A stretch of 64,000 nt of DNA from Bugula neritina (Eukaryota > Animalia > Bryozoa), in the NCBI GenBank assembly GCA_964035545.1, contig CAXIUT010000230.1:806001-870000 (forward strand), read 5' to 3'. A program made the position numbers and the translations under genes. Below, piece after piece: positions 1-13,409 of the stretch (positions within the stretch are counted from its first letter, which is position 1; every line of letters begins with the position of its first letter). The notes under the pieces were generated by a model. It did not search any database, had not been told where the DNA came from, and saw only the letters and a list, made by a program, of their open reading frames with translations.

Positions 1-3000
1 GACACACTGAAAAACACTGAAACATAATGCAACATACTGCAACATACTGAAATACACTGTAACATATCGGAATACACTGCAACATACTGCAACATACTGC
101 AACATACTGAAATACACCGTAACATATCGAAATACACTGCAACATACTGCAACATACTGAAATGCACCGGAACATAATGGAATACCCTGCAACACATTGA
201 TATATACTGCAACAGACTGAAACATAAGGTAACACAATGAAGTATACTGCGACACATTAAAATATACTGCAACATACTGAAATATACTGCAACATACTGA
301 AATGTAATGTAATATACAGAAATGTACTGTAACATACTGAAATATACTGTAACAGACTGAAATATACTCTAACATACCGAAATACACTGTAACATACTGA
401 AATATACTGCAACATACTGCAACATACTGAATTACACTTGAACATAATGAAATACACTGCAACACATTGAAATATACTGCAACATATCGAAATGAATGGT
501 AAACTAGTGTAATATACTGTAACATAATGAAACATACCGGAACATACTGCTACGTATTAAAGCATAGTGTAACACACTGAAATATACGGCAACATACCGA
601 AATATACTGCAACACGTTGAAAAATACTGCAACATACTGAAATATACTGCAACATATTGAACTACACTGCTACACTCTGAAATATACTGCAACACACTGA
701 AACATACGGCAACATACTGAAATAAACTGCGACACGTTGAAAATTACTGCAACATACTGAAATATACTGCGACGCCTTAAAATATTCTGCAACATACTGA
801 AATAGACTGCGACACCTTGAAAAATACTGCAACATACGAAATATACTGCAAGTGGTGCAACATACTGAAATACAATGTGACACACTGAAATACACTGCAA
901 CATACTGCAACATACTGCAACATACTGAAATATTGTGCGACACATTGAAATATACTGCAACATATTGAAATATACTGTAACATACTGCAACATACTAAAA
1001 TACACTGCAGCATACTGGAATACATTGCAACACATTAAAATATACTGCGACATACTGAAACATACTGCAACATACTGAAATACACTATAACATATTGAAA
1101 TATACTGCAACATACTGAATTACACTCTAAGATGCTGAAATATGCTGTAGCATACTGAAATACACTGCAACACACCGAAGTGTACTGAAATACACTGCAA
1201 CATACTGCAAGATACCGCAACCTACTGAAATACACTGTAACATATTGAAATACACTGCATCATACTGCAACATACTGAATTACACTGGAACATATTGATA
1301 TACACTGCAACACATTGAAATATAATGCAACACACTGAAACATACGGCAATATACCGAAATATACTGCGACACCTTGAAAAATACTGCAACATACGAAAT
1401 ATACTGCAAGTGGTGCAACATACTGAAGTACAATGTGACACACTGGAATACACTGCAACATACTGCAACATACTGCAACATACTGAAATACACTGTAACA
1501 TATTGAAATACACTGCATCATATTGCAACATACTGAAAAACACTGGAACATATTGATATACAATGCAACTCATTGAAATATAATGCAACACACTGCAACA
1601 TACGGCAGCATACCGAAATATACTGCGACACCTTGAAAAATACTGCAACATACTGAAATATACTGCAAGTGGTGCAACATACTGAAATACACTGTGACAT
1701 ACTGAAACACACTGCAACATACTGCAAGATATTGCAACGTACGGAAATACAGTGTAACTTATTGAATTACACTGCATCATACTGCAACATACTGAGATAC
1801 ACCCGAACATATTGATATACACTGCAACACATTGAAATATACTGCAACACACTGAACCATATGGCAACATACCGAAATTTACTGCGACACACTAAAAAAT
1901 ACTGCAACATACGAATTATACTTCAAGTGGTGCAACATACTGAAATACATTGTGACACACTGAAATACACTGCAACATACTGCAACATACTGCAACATAC
2001 TGAATTATTGTGCGACACATTGAAATATACTGCAACATATTGAAATATACCGTAACATACTGCAACATACTAAAATAGACTGCAACATAATGAAATACAT
2101 TGCAACACATTAAAATATACTGCGACATACTGAAACATACTGCAACATGCTGAAATATACTGCAACATACTGAAATACACTATAACATATTGAAATATAC
2201 TGCAACATACTGAATTACACTCTAACATACTGAAATATACTGCAACATACTGAATTACACTCTAACATACTGAAATATGCTGTAGCATACTGAAATACAC
2301 TGCAACACACTGAAGTATACTGTAATACACTGAAATGTGATGCAACATACTGAATTATACTGCAACATAGTGCAACATACTCAAATACACTACAACAAAC
2401 TGCAACATACTGAAATACACTGGAACATATTGAAATACACTGCGACACATTGAAACATACTGCAACACACTGAAATACACTGTGACACATTGAAATACAC
2501 TGCAACATACTGCAACATACTGCAACATACTGAAATACATTGCAACACAATAAAATATACTGCAACATACTGAAACATACTGCAACATACTGAAATATAC
2601 TGCAACACACTGAAACATACGGCAACATACCGAAATGAACTGCGACACGTTGAAAATTACTGCAACATACTGAAATATACTGTGACGCCCTAAAATATAC
2701 TGCAACATACTGAAATAGACTGCAAGTGGTGCAACATAGTGAAATACACTGTGACACACTGAAATGCACTGCAACATACTGCAACATACTGAAATATTGT
2801 GCGACACAATAAAATATACTGCAACATATTGAAATATACTGTAACATACTGCAACATACTAAAATACACTGCAACACATTAAAATATACCGCAACATACT
2901 GAAGCATACTGCAACATACTGAAATACACTGTGACACACTGAAATACACTACAACATACTGCAACATACTAAAATACACTGGAACATACTGCAACATACT

Positions 3001-6000
3001 GCAACATACTGAATTACACTGGAACTTATTGATATACACTGCAACACATTGAAATATACCGTAACATACTGCAACATACTAAAATAGACTGCAACATACT
3101 GAAATACATTGCAACACATTAAAATATACTGCGACATACTGAAACATACTGCAACATGCTGAAATATACTGCAACATACTGAAATACACTATAACATATT
3201 GAAATATACTGCAACATACTGAATTACACTCTAACATACTGAAATATGCTGTAGCATACTGAAATACACTGCAACACACTGAAGTATACTGTAATACACT
3301 GAAATGTGATGCAACATACTGAATTATACTGCAACATAGTGCAACATACTCAAATACACTACAACAAACTGCAACATACTGAAATACACTGGAACATATT
3401 GAAATACACTGCGACACATTGAAATATACTGCAACATACTGAAATGTAATGTAATATACAGAAATGTACTGTAACATACTGAAATATACTGTAACAGACT
3501 GAAATATACTCTAACATACCAAAATACACTGTAACATACTGAAATATACTGCAACATACTGCAACATACTGAATTACACTTGAACATAATGAAATACACT
3601 GCAACACATTGAAATATACTGCAACATATCGGAATGAATGGTAAACTAGTGTAATATACTGTAACATAATGAAACATACCGGAACATACTGCAACGTATT
3701 AAAGCATAGTGTAACACACTGAAATATACGGCAACATACCGAAATATACTGCAACACGTTGAAAAATATTGCAACATACTGAAATATACTGCGACGCCTT
3801 AAAATATACTGCAACATACTGAAATAGACTGCAAGTGGTGCAACATACTGAAATACACTGTGACACACTGAAATACACTGCAACGTACTGCAACATACTG
3901 CAACATACTGAAATATTGTGCGACACATTAAAATATACTGCAACATATTGAAATATACTGTAACATACTGCAACATGCTAAAATACACTGCAGCATACTG
4001 AAATACATTGCAACACATTAAAATATACTGCGACATACTGAAACATACTGCAACATGCTGAAATATACTGCAACATACTGAAATACACTATAACATATTG
4101 AAATATACTGCAACATACTGAATTACACTCTAACATACTGAAATATGCTGTAGCATACTGAAATGCACTGCAACACACTGAAGTATACTGAAATACACTG
4201 CAACATACTGCAAGATACCGCAACCTACTGAAATACACTGTAACATATTGAAATACACTGCATCATACTGCAAAATACTGAATTACACTGGAACATATTG
4301 ATATACACTGCAACACATTGAAATATAATGCAACACACTGAAACATACGGCAATATACCGAAATATACTGCGACACCTTGAAAAATACTGCAACATACGA
4401 AATATACTGCAAGTGGTGCAACATACTCAAATACAATGTGACACACTGAAATACACTGCAACATACTGCAACATACTGCAACATACTGAAATACACTGTA
4501 ACATATTGAAATACACTGCATCATACTGCAACATACTGAAAAACACTGGAACATATTGATATACACTGCAACTCATTGAAATATACAGCAACACACTGCA
4601 ACATACGGCAGCATATCGAAATATACTGCGACACGTTGAAAATTACTGCAACATACTGAAATATACTGCGACGCCTTAAAATATACTGCAACATACTGAA
4701 ATAGACTGCAAGTGGTGCAACATAGTGAAATACACTGTGACACACTGAAATACACTGCAACATACTGCAACATACTGAAATATTGTGCGACACAATAAAA
4801 TATACTGCAACATATTGAAATATACTGTAAAATACTTCAACATACTAAAATACACCGCAACACATTAAAATATACTGCAACATACTGAAACATACCGCAA
4901 CATACTGAAATACACTGTGACACACTGAAATACACTACAACATACTGCAACATACTAAAATACACTGGAACATACTGCAACATACTGCAACATACTGAAT
5001 TACACTGGAACTTATTGATATACACTGCAACACATTGAAATATACTGCAACATACTGAAACATACTGCAACATACTGAAATACACTGCAACACACTGAAG
5101 TATACTGTAATACACTGAAATGTAATGCAACATACTGAATTATACTGCAAAATAGTGCAACATACTGAAATACACTGTGACACACTGAAAAACACTGAAA
5201 CATAATGCAACATACTGCAACATACTGAAATACACTGTAACATATCGGAATACACTGCAACATACTGCAACATACTGCAACATACTGAAATACACCGTAA
5301 CATATCGAAATACACTGCAACATACTGCAACATACTGAAATGCACCGGAACATAATGGAATACCCTGCAACACATTGAAATATACTGCAACAGACTGAAA
5401 CATAAGGTAACACAATGAAGTATACTGCGACACATTAAAATATACTGCAACATACTGAAATACACTGCAACATACTGAAATGTAATGTAATATACAGAAA
5501 TGTACTGTAACATACTGAAATATACTGTAACAGACTGAAATATACTCTAACATACCGAAATACACTGTAACATACTGAAATATACTGCAACATACTGCAA
5601 CATACTGAATTACACTTGAACATAATGAAATACACTGCAACACATTGAAATATACTGCAACATATCGAAATGAATGGTAAACTAGTGTAATATACTGTAA
5701 CATAATGAAACATACCGGAACATACTGCTACGTATTAAAGCATAGTGTAACACACTGAAATATACGGCAACATACCGAAATATACTGCAACACGTTGAAA
5801 AATACTGCAACATACTGAAATATACTGCAACATATTGAACTACACTGCTACACTCTGAAATATACTGCAACACACTGAAACATACGGCAACATACTGAAA
5901 TAAACTGCGACACGTTGAAAATTACTGCAACATACTGAAATATACTGCGACGCCTTAAAATATTCTGCAACATACTGAAATAGACTGCGACACCTTGAAA

Positions 6001-7390
6001 AATACTGCAACATACGAAATATACTGCAAGTGGTGCAACATACTGAAATACAATGTGACAAACTGAAATACACTGCAACATACTGCAACATACTGAAATA
6101 TTGTGCGACACATTGAAATATACTGCAACATATTGAAATATACTGTAACATACTGCAACATACTAAAATACACTGCAGCATACTGGAATACATTGCAACA
6201 CATTAAAATATACTGCGACATACTGAAACATACTGCAACATACTGAAATACACTATAACATATTGAAATATACTGCAACATACTGAATTACACTCTAAGA
6301 TGCTGAAATATGCTGTAGCATACTGAAATACACTGCAACACACCGAAGTGTACTGAAATACACTGCAACATACTGCAAGATACCGCAACCTACTGAAATA
6401 CACTGTAACATATTGAAATACACTGCATCATACTGCAACATACTGAATTACACTGGAACATATTGATATACACTGCAACACATTGAAATATAATGCAACA
6501 CACTGAAACATACGGCAATATACCGAAATATACTGCGACACCTTGAAAAATACTGCAACATACGAAATATACTGCAAGTGGTGCAACATACTGAAGTACA
6601 ATGTGACACACTGGAATACACTGCAACATACTGCAACATACTGCAACATACTGAAATACACTGTAACATATTGAAATACACTGCATCATACTGCAACATA
6701 CTGAAAAACACTGGAACATATTGATATACAATGCAACTCATTGAAATATAATGCAACACACTGCAACATACGGCAGCATACCGAAATATACTGCGACACC
6801 TTGAAAAATACTGCAACATACTGAAATATACTGCAAGTGGTGCAACATACTGAAATACACTGTGACATACTGAAACACACTGCAACATACTGCAAGATAT
6901 TGCAACGTACGGAAATACAGTGTAACTTATTGAATTACACTGCATCATACTGCAACATACTGAGGTACACCCGAACATATTGATATACACTGCAACACAT
7001 TGAAATATACTGCAACACACTGAACCATATGGCAACATACCGAAATTTACTGCGACACACTAAAAAATACTGCAACATACGAATTATACTTCAAGTGGTG
7101 CAACATACTGAAATACATTGTGACACACTGAAATACACTGCAACATACTGCAACATACTGCAACATACTGAATTATTGTGCGACACATTGAAATATACTG
7201 CAACATATTGAAATATACCGTAACATACTGCAACATACTAAAATAGACTGCAACATAATGAAATACATTGCAACACATTAAAATATACTGCGACATACTG
7301 AAACATACTGCAACATGCTGAAATATACTGCAACATACTGAAATACACTATAACATATTGAAATATACTGCAACATACTGAATTACACTC
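1..7390 (+). repeat. Higher-order repeat, period 5178 bp (1-5178 plus partial second copy; offset becomes 5168 after a one-monomer deletion near 6070-6090)
   Basis: Position 1 matches 5179. ACTAGT at 503 and 5681; AAGTGGTGC at 850 and 6028; ORF-track twins 257/5435 (5178), 1035/6203 and 1861/7029 (5168). Confidence 0.9.
1170..1990 (+). repeat. Three diverged ~259-bp sub-units, each ending in the AAGTGGTGC core module (representative copy; recurs in every 1135-bp unit)
   Basis: AAGTGGTGC starts at 1408, 1667 and 1925 (spacings 259, 258). Each is preceded by the same ordered series GCATCAT..GGAACATATTGATATAC..GGCA..ACCGAAAT..GCGACAC..AAAAAT. Confidence 0.85.
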
Positions 7391-10300
7391 TAACATACTG
7401 AAGTATACTGCAACATACTGAATTACACTCTAACATACTGAAATATGCTGTAGCATACTGAAATACACTGCAACACACCGAAGTGTACTGAAATACACTG
7501 CAACATACTGCAAGATACCGCAACCTACTGAAATACACTGTAACATATTGAAATACACTGCATCATACTGCAACATACTGAATTACACTGGAACATATTG
7601 ATATACACTGCAACACATTGAAATATAATGCAACACACTGAAACATACGGCAATATACCGAAATATACTGCGACACCTTGAAAAATACTGCAACATACGA
7701 AATATACTGCAAGTGGTGCAACATACTGAAATACAATGTGACACACTGGAATACACTGCAACATACTGCAACATACTGCAACATACTGAAATACACTGTA
7801 ACATATTGAAATACACTGCATCATACTGCACCATACTGAAAAACACTGGTAGATATTGATATACACTGCAACTCATTGAAATATACTGCAACACACTGCA
7901 ACATACGGCAGCATACCAAAATATACTGCGACACCTTGAAAAATACTGCAACATACTGAATTATACTGCAAGTGGTGCAACATACTGAAATACACTGTGA
8001 CATACTGAAATACACTGCAACATACTGCAAGATATTGCAACGTACGGAAATACAGTGTAACTTATTGAATTACACTGCATCATACTGCAACATACGGAGA
8101 TACACTGGAACATATTGATTTACACTGCAACACATAGAAATATACTGCAACACACTGAACCATATGGCAACATACCGAAACTTACTGCGACACACTAAAA
8201 AATACTGCAACATACGAATTATACTTCAAGTGGTGCAACATACTGAAATACATTGTGACACACTGAAATACACTGCAACATACTGCAACATACTGCAACA
8301 TACTGAATTATTGTGCGACACATTGAAATATACTGCAACATTTTGAAATATACTGTAACATACTGCAACATACTAAAATACACTGCAACATACTGAAATA
8401 CATTGCAACACATTAAAATATACTGCAACATATCGAAATGAATGGTAAACTAGTGTAATATACTGTAACATAATGAAACATACCGGAACATACTGCAACG
8501 TATTAAAGTATGGTGTAACACACTGAAATATACGGCAACATACCGAAATATACTGCAACACGTTGAAAAATATTGCAACATACTGAAATATACTGCAACA
8601 TACTGCAACGTACTGAAATACACTGGAGCATATTGAACTACACTGCAACAGTCTGAAATATACTGCAACACACTGAAACATACGGCAACATACCGAAATA
8701 AACTGCGACACGTTGAAAATTACTGCAACATACTGAAATATACTGCGACGCCTTAAAATATACTGCAACATACTGAAATAGACTGCAAGTGGTGCAACAT
8801 ACTGAAATACACTGTGACACACTGAAATACACTGCAACATACTGCAACATACTGCAAGATACTGCAACGTACGGAAATACAGTGTAACTTATTGAATTAC
8901 ACTGCATCATACTGCAACATACTGAGATACACTGGAACATATTGATATACACTGCAACACATTGAAACATACTGCAACACACTGAACCATATGGCAACAT
9001 ACCGAAATTTACTGCGACACACGGAAAAATACTGCAACATACAAATTATACTTCAAGCGGTGCAACATTCTGAAATACAATGTGACACACTGAAATACAC
9101 TGCAACATACTGCAACATACTGCAACATACTGAAATACACCGTAACATATCGAAATACACCGCAACATACTGCAACATACTGAAATGCACCGGAACATAA
9201 TGGAATACCCTGCAACACATTGAAATATACTGCAACAGACTGAAACATAAGGTAACACAATGAAGTATACTGCGACACATTAAAATATACTGCAACATAC
9301 TGAAATATACTGCAACATACTGAAATGTAATGTAATATACAGAAATGTACTGTAACATACTGAAATATACTGTAACAGACTGAAATATACTCTAACATAC
9401 CAAAATACACTCTAACATACTGAAATATACTGCAACATACTGCAACATACTGCAACATACTGAATTACACTTGAACATAATGAAATACACTGCAACACAT
9501 TGAAATATACTGCAACATATCGAAATGAATGGTAAACTAGTGTAATATACTGTAACATAATGAAACATACCGGAACATACTGCTACGTATTAAAGCATAG
9601 TGTAACACACTGAAATATACGGCAACATACCGAAATATACTGCAACACGTTGAAAAATACTGCAACATACTGAAATATACTGCAACATATTGAACTACAC
9701 TGCTACACTCTGAAATATACTGCAACACACTGAAACATACGGCAACATACTGAAATAAACTGCGACACGTTGAAAATTACTGCAACATACTGAAATATAC
9801 TGCGACGCCTTAAAATATTCTGCAACATACTGAAATAGACTGCGACACCTTGAAAAATACTGCAACATACGAAATATACTGCAAGTGGTGCAACATACTG
9901 AAATACAATGTGACAAACTGAAATACACTGCAACATACTGCAACATACTGCAACATACTGAATTATTGTGCGACACATTGAAATATACTGCAACATATTG
10001 AAATATACCGTAACATACTGCAACATACTAAAATAGACTGCAACATAATGAAATACATTGCAACACATTAAAATATACTGCGACATACTGAAACATACTG
10101 CAACATGCTGAAATATACTGCAACATACTGAAATACACTATAACATATTGAAATATACTGCAACATACTGAATTACACTCTAACATACTGAAGTATACTG
10201 CAACATACTGAATTAGACTCTAACATACTGAAATATGCTGTAGCATACTGAAATACACTGCAACACACCGAAGTGTACTGAAATACACTGCAACATACTG

Positions 10301-12330
10301 CAAGATACCGCAACCTACTGAAATACACTGTAACATATTGAAATACACTGCATCATACTGCAACATACTGAATTACACTGGAACATATTGATATACACTG
10401 CAACACATTGAAATATAATGCAACACACTGAAACATACGGCAATATACCGAAATATACTGCGACACCTTGAAAAATACTGCAACATACGAAATATACTGC
10501 AAGTGGTGCAACATACTGAAATACAATGTGACACACTGGAATACACTGCAACATACTGCAACATACTGAAATACACTGAAATACACTGTAACATATTGAA
10601 ATACACTGCATCATACTGCACCATACTGAAAAACACTGGTACATATTGATATACACTGCAACTCATTGAAATATACTGCAACACACTGCAACATACGGCA
10701 GCATACCAAAATATACTGCGACACCTTGAAAAATACTGCAACATACTGAATTATACTGCAAGTGGTGCAACATACTGAAATACACTGTGACATACTCAAA
10801 TACACTGCAACATACTGCAAGATATTGCAACGTACGGAAATACAGTGTAACTTATTGAATTACACTGCATCATACTGCAACATACTGAGATACACTGGAA
10901 CATATTGATTTACACTGCAACACATAGAAATATACTGCAACACACTGAACCATATGGCAACATACCGAAACTTACTGCGACACACTAAAAAATACTGCAA
11001 CATACGAATTATACTTCAAGTGGTGCAACATACTGAAATACATTGTGACACACTGAAATACACTGCAACATACTGCAACATACTGCAACATACTGAATTA
11101 TTGTGCGACACATTGAAATATACTGCAACATTTTGAAATATACTGTAACATACTGCAACATACTGAAATACACTGCAACATACTGAAATACATTGCAACA
11201 CATTAAAATATACTGCAACATATCGAAATGAATGGTAAACTAGTGTAATATACTGTAACATAATGAAACATACCGGAACATACTGCAACGTATTAAAGTA
11301 TGGTGTAACACACTGAAATATACGGCAACATACCGAAATATACTGCAACACGTTGAAAAATATTGCAACATACTGAAATATACTGCAACATACTGCAACG
11401 TACTGAAATACACTGGAGCATATTGAACTACACTGCAACAGTCTGAAATATACTGCAACACACTGAAACATACGGCAACATACCGAAATAAACTGCGACA
11501 CGTTGAAAATTACTGCAACATACTGAAATATACTGCGACGCCTTAAAATATACTGCAACATACTGAAATAGACTGCAAGTGGTGCAACATACTGAAATAC
11601 ACTGTGACACACTGAAATACACTGCAACATACTGCAACATACTGCAAGATACTGCAACGTACGGAAATACAGTGTAACTTATTGAATTACACTGCATCAT
11701 ACTGCAACATACTGAGATACACTGGAACATATTGATATACACTGCAACACATTGAAATATACTGCAACACACTGAACCATATGGCAACATACCGAAATTT
11801 ACTGCGACACACGGAAAAATACTGCAACATACAAATTATACTTCAAGTGGTGCAACATTCTGAAATACAATGTGACACACTGAAATACACTGCAACATAC
11901 TGCAACATACTGCAACATACTGAAATACACCGTAACATATCGAAATACACCGCAACATACTGCAACATACTGAAATGCACCGGAACATAATGGAATACCC
12001 TGCAACACATTGAAATATACTGCAACAGACTGAAACATAAGGTAACACAATGAAGTATACTGCGACACATTAAAATATACTGCAACATACTGAAATATAC
12101 TGCAACATACTGAAATGTAATGTAATATACAGAAATGTACTGTAACATACTGAAATATACTGTAACAGACTGAAATATACTCTAACATACCAAAATACAC
12201 TCTAACATACTGAAATATACTGCAACATACTGCAACATACTGCAACATACTGAATTACACTTGAACATAATGAAATACACTGCAACACATTGAAATATAC
12301 TGCAACATATCGGAATGAATGGTAAACTAG
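5620..12330 (+). repeat. Tandem duplication of ~3855 bp (~5620-9475) whose second copy carries a 1065-bp internal deletion, leaving a 2790-bp offset for most of its length
   Basis: Private variant TGTGACAAACTG at 6061 and 9916 (offset 3855); ORF twins 5682/9537 (3855). Downstream twins 7525/10315, 8164/10954, 8991/11781 and ACTAGT 8449/11239 are all offset 2790. Confidence 0.8.
6288..8420 (+). repeat. 1135-bp tandem unit, two copies (second copy more diverged and truncated)
   Basis: TTACACTCTAA..TATGCTGTAGC at 6288 and 7423; ORF twins 6390/7525 and 7029/8164. Confidence 0.85.
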
Positions 12331-13409
12331 TGTAATATACTGTAACATAATGAAACATACCGGAACATACTGCAACGTATTAAAGCATAGTGTAACACAC
12401 TGAAATATACGGCAACATACCGAAATATACTGCAACACGTTGAAAAATATTGCAACATACTGAAATATACTGCGACGCATTAAAATATACTGCAACATAC
12501 TGAAATAGACTGCAAGTGGTGCAACATAGTGAAATACACTGTGACACACTGAAATGCACTGCAACATACTGCAACATACTGCAACATACTGAAATATTGT
12601 GCGACACAATAAAATATACTGCAACATATTGAAATATACTGTAACATACTGCAACATACTAAAATACACTGCAACACATTAAAATATACTGCAACATACT
12701 GAAACCTACTGCAACATACTGAAATACACTGTGACACACTGAAATACACTACAACATACTGCAACATACTAAAATACACTGGAACATACTGCAACATACT
12801 GCAACATACTGAATCATTGTGCGACACATTGAAATATACTGCAACATATTGAAATATACCGTAACATACTGCAACATACTAAAATAGATTGCAACATACT
12901 GAAATACATTGCAACACATTAAAATATACTGCGACATACTGAAACATACTGCAACATGCTGAAATATACTGCAACATACTGAATTACACTCTAACATACT
13001 GAAATATGCTGTAGCATACTGAAATACACTGCAACACACTGAAGTATACTGTAATACACTGAAATGTGATGCAACATACTGAATTATACTGCAACATAGT
13101 GCAACATACTCAAATACACTACAACAAACTGCAACATACTGAAATACACTGGAACATATTGAAATACACTGCGACACATTGAAACATACTGCAACATACT
13201 GAAATACACTGTGACACATTGAAATACACTGCAACATACTGCAACATACTGCAACATACTGAAATACATTGCAACACATTAAAATATACTGCAACATACT
13301 AAAACATACTGCAACATACTGAAATATACTGCAACACACTGAAACATACGGCAACATACCGAAATAAACTGCGACACGTTGAAAATCACTGCAACATACT
13401 GAATTATAC

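Noticed and set aside
831-860. Idea that the 9-bp monomers tune the array to the DNA helical repeat
   Set aside because: They lower the mean period to about 9.98 bp (5178/519), away from 10.2-10.5 bp, so they cannot serve that role.
1861-2043. Recurrent + strand 60-69 aa ORF MATYRNLLRH...
   Set aside because: It starts at an ATG created by the CCATATGG variant and stays open only because two 9-mers shift the TGA frame. It is useful as a landmark but is not a gene.
3630-3641. CGGAATGAATGG resembling human satellite II/III (GGAAT)n
   Set aside because: Only two pentamers, in register with and derivable from a B monomer by substitutions; no extended GGAAT tract.
850-4718. Conserved motif recurring with variable intervening sequence, superficially CRISPR-like
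   Set aside because: The intervening DNA is the same satellite rather than unique spacers, spacing is 258-1300 bp and irregular, and there are no cas genes or leader.
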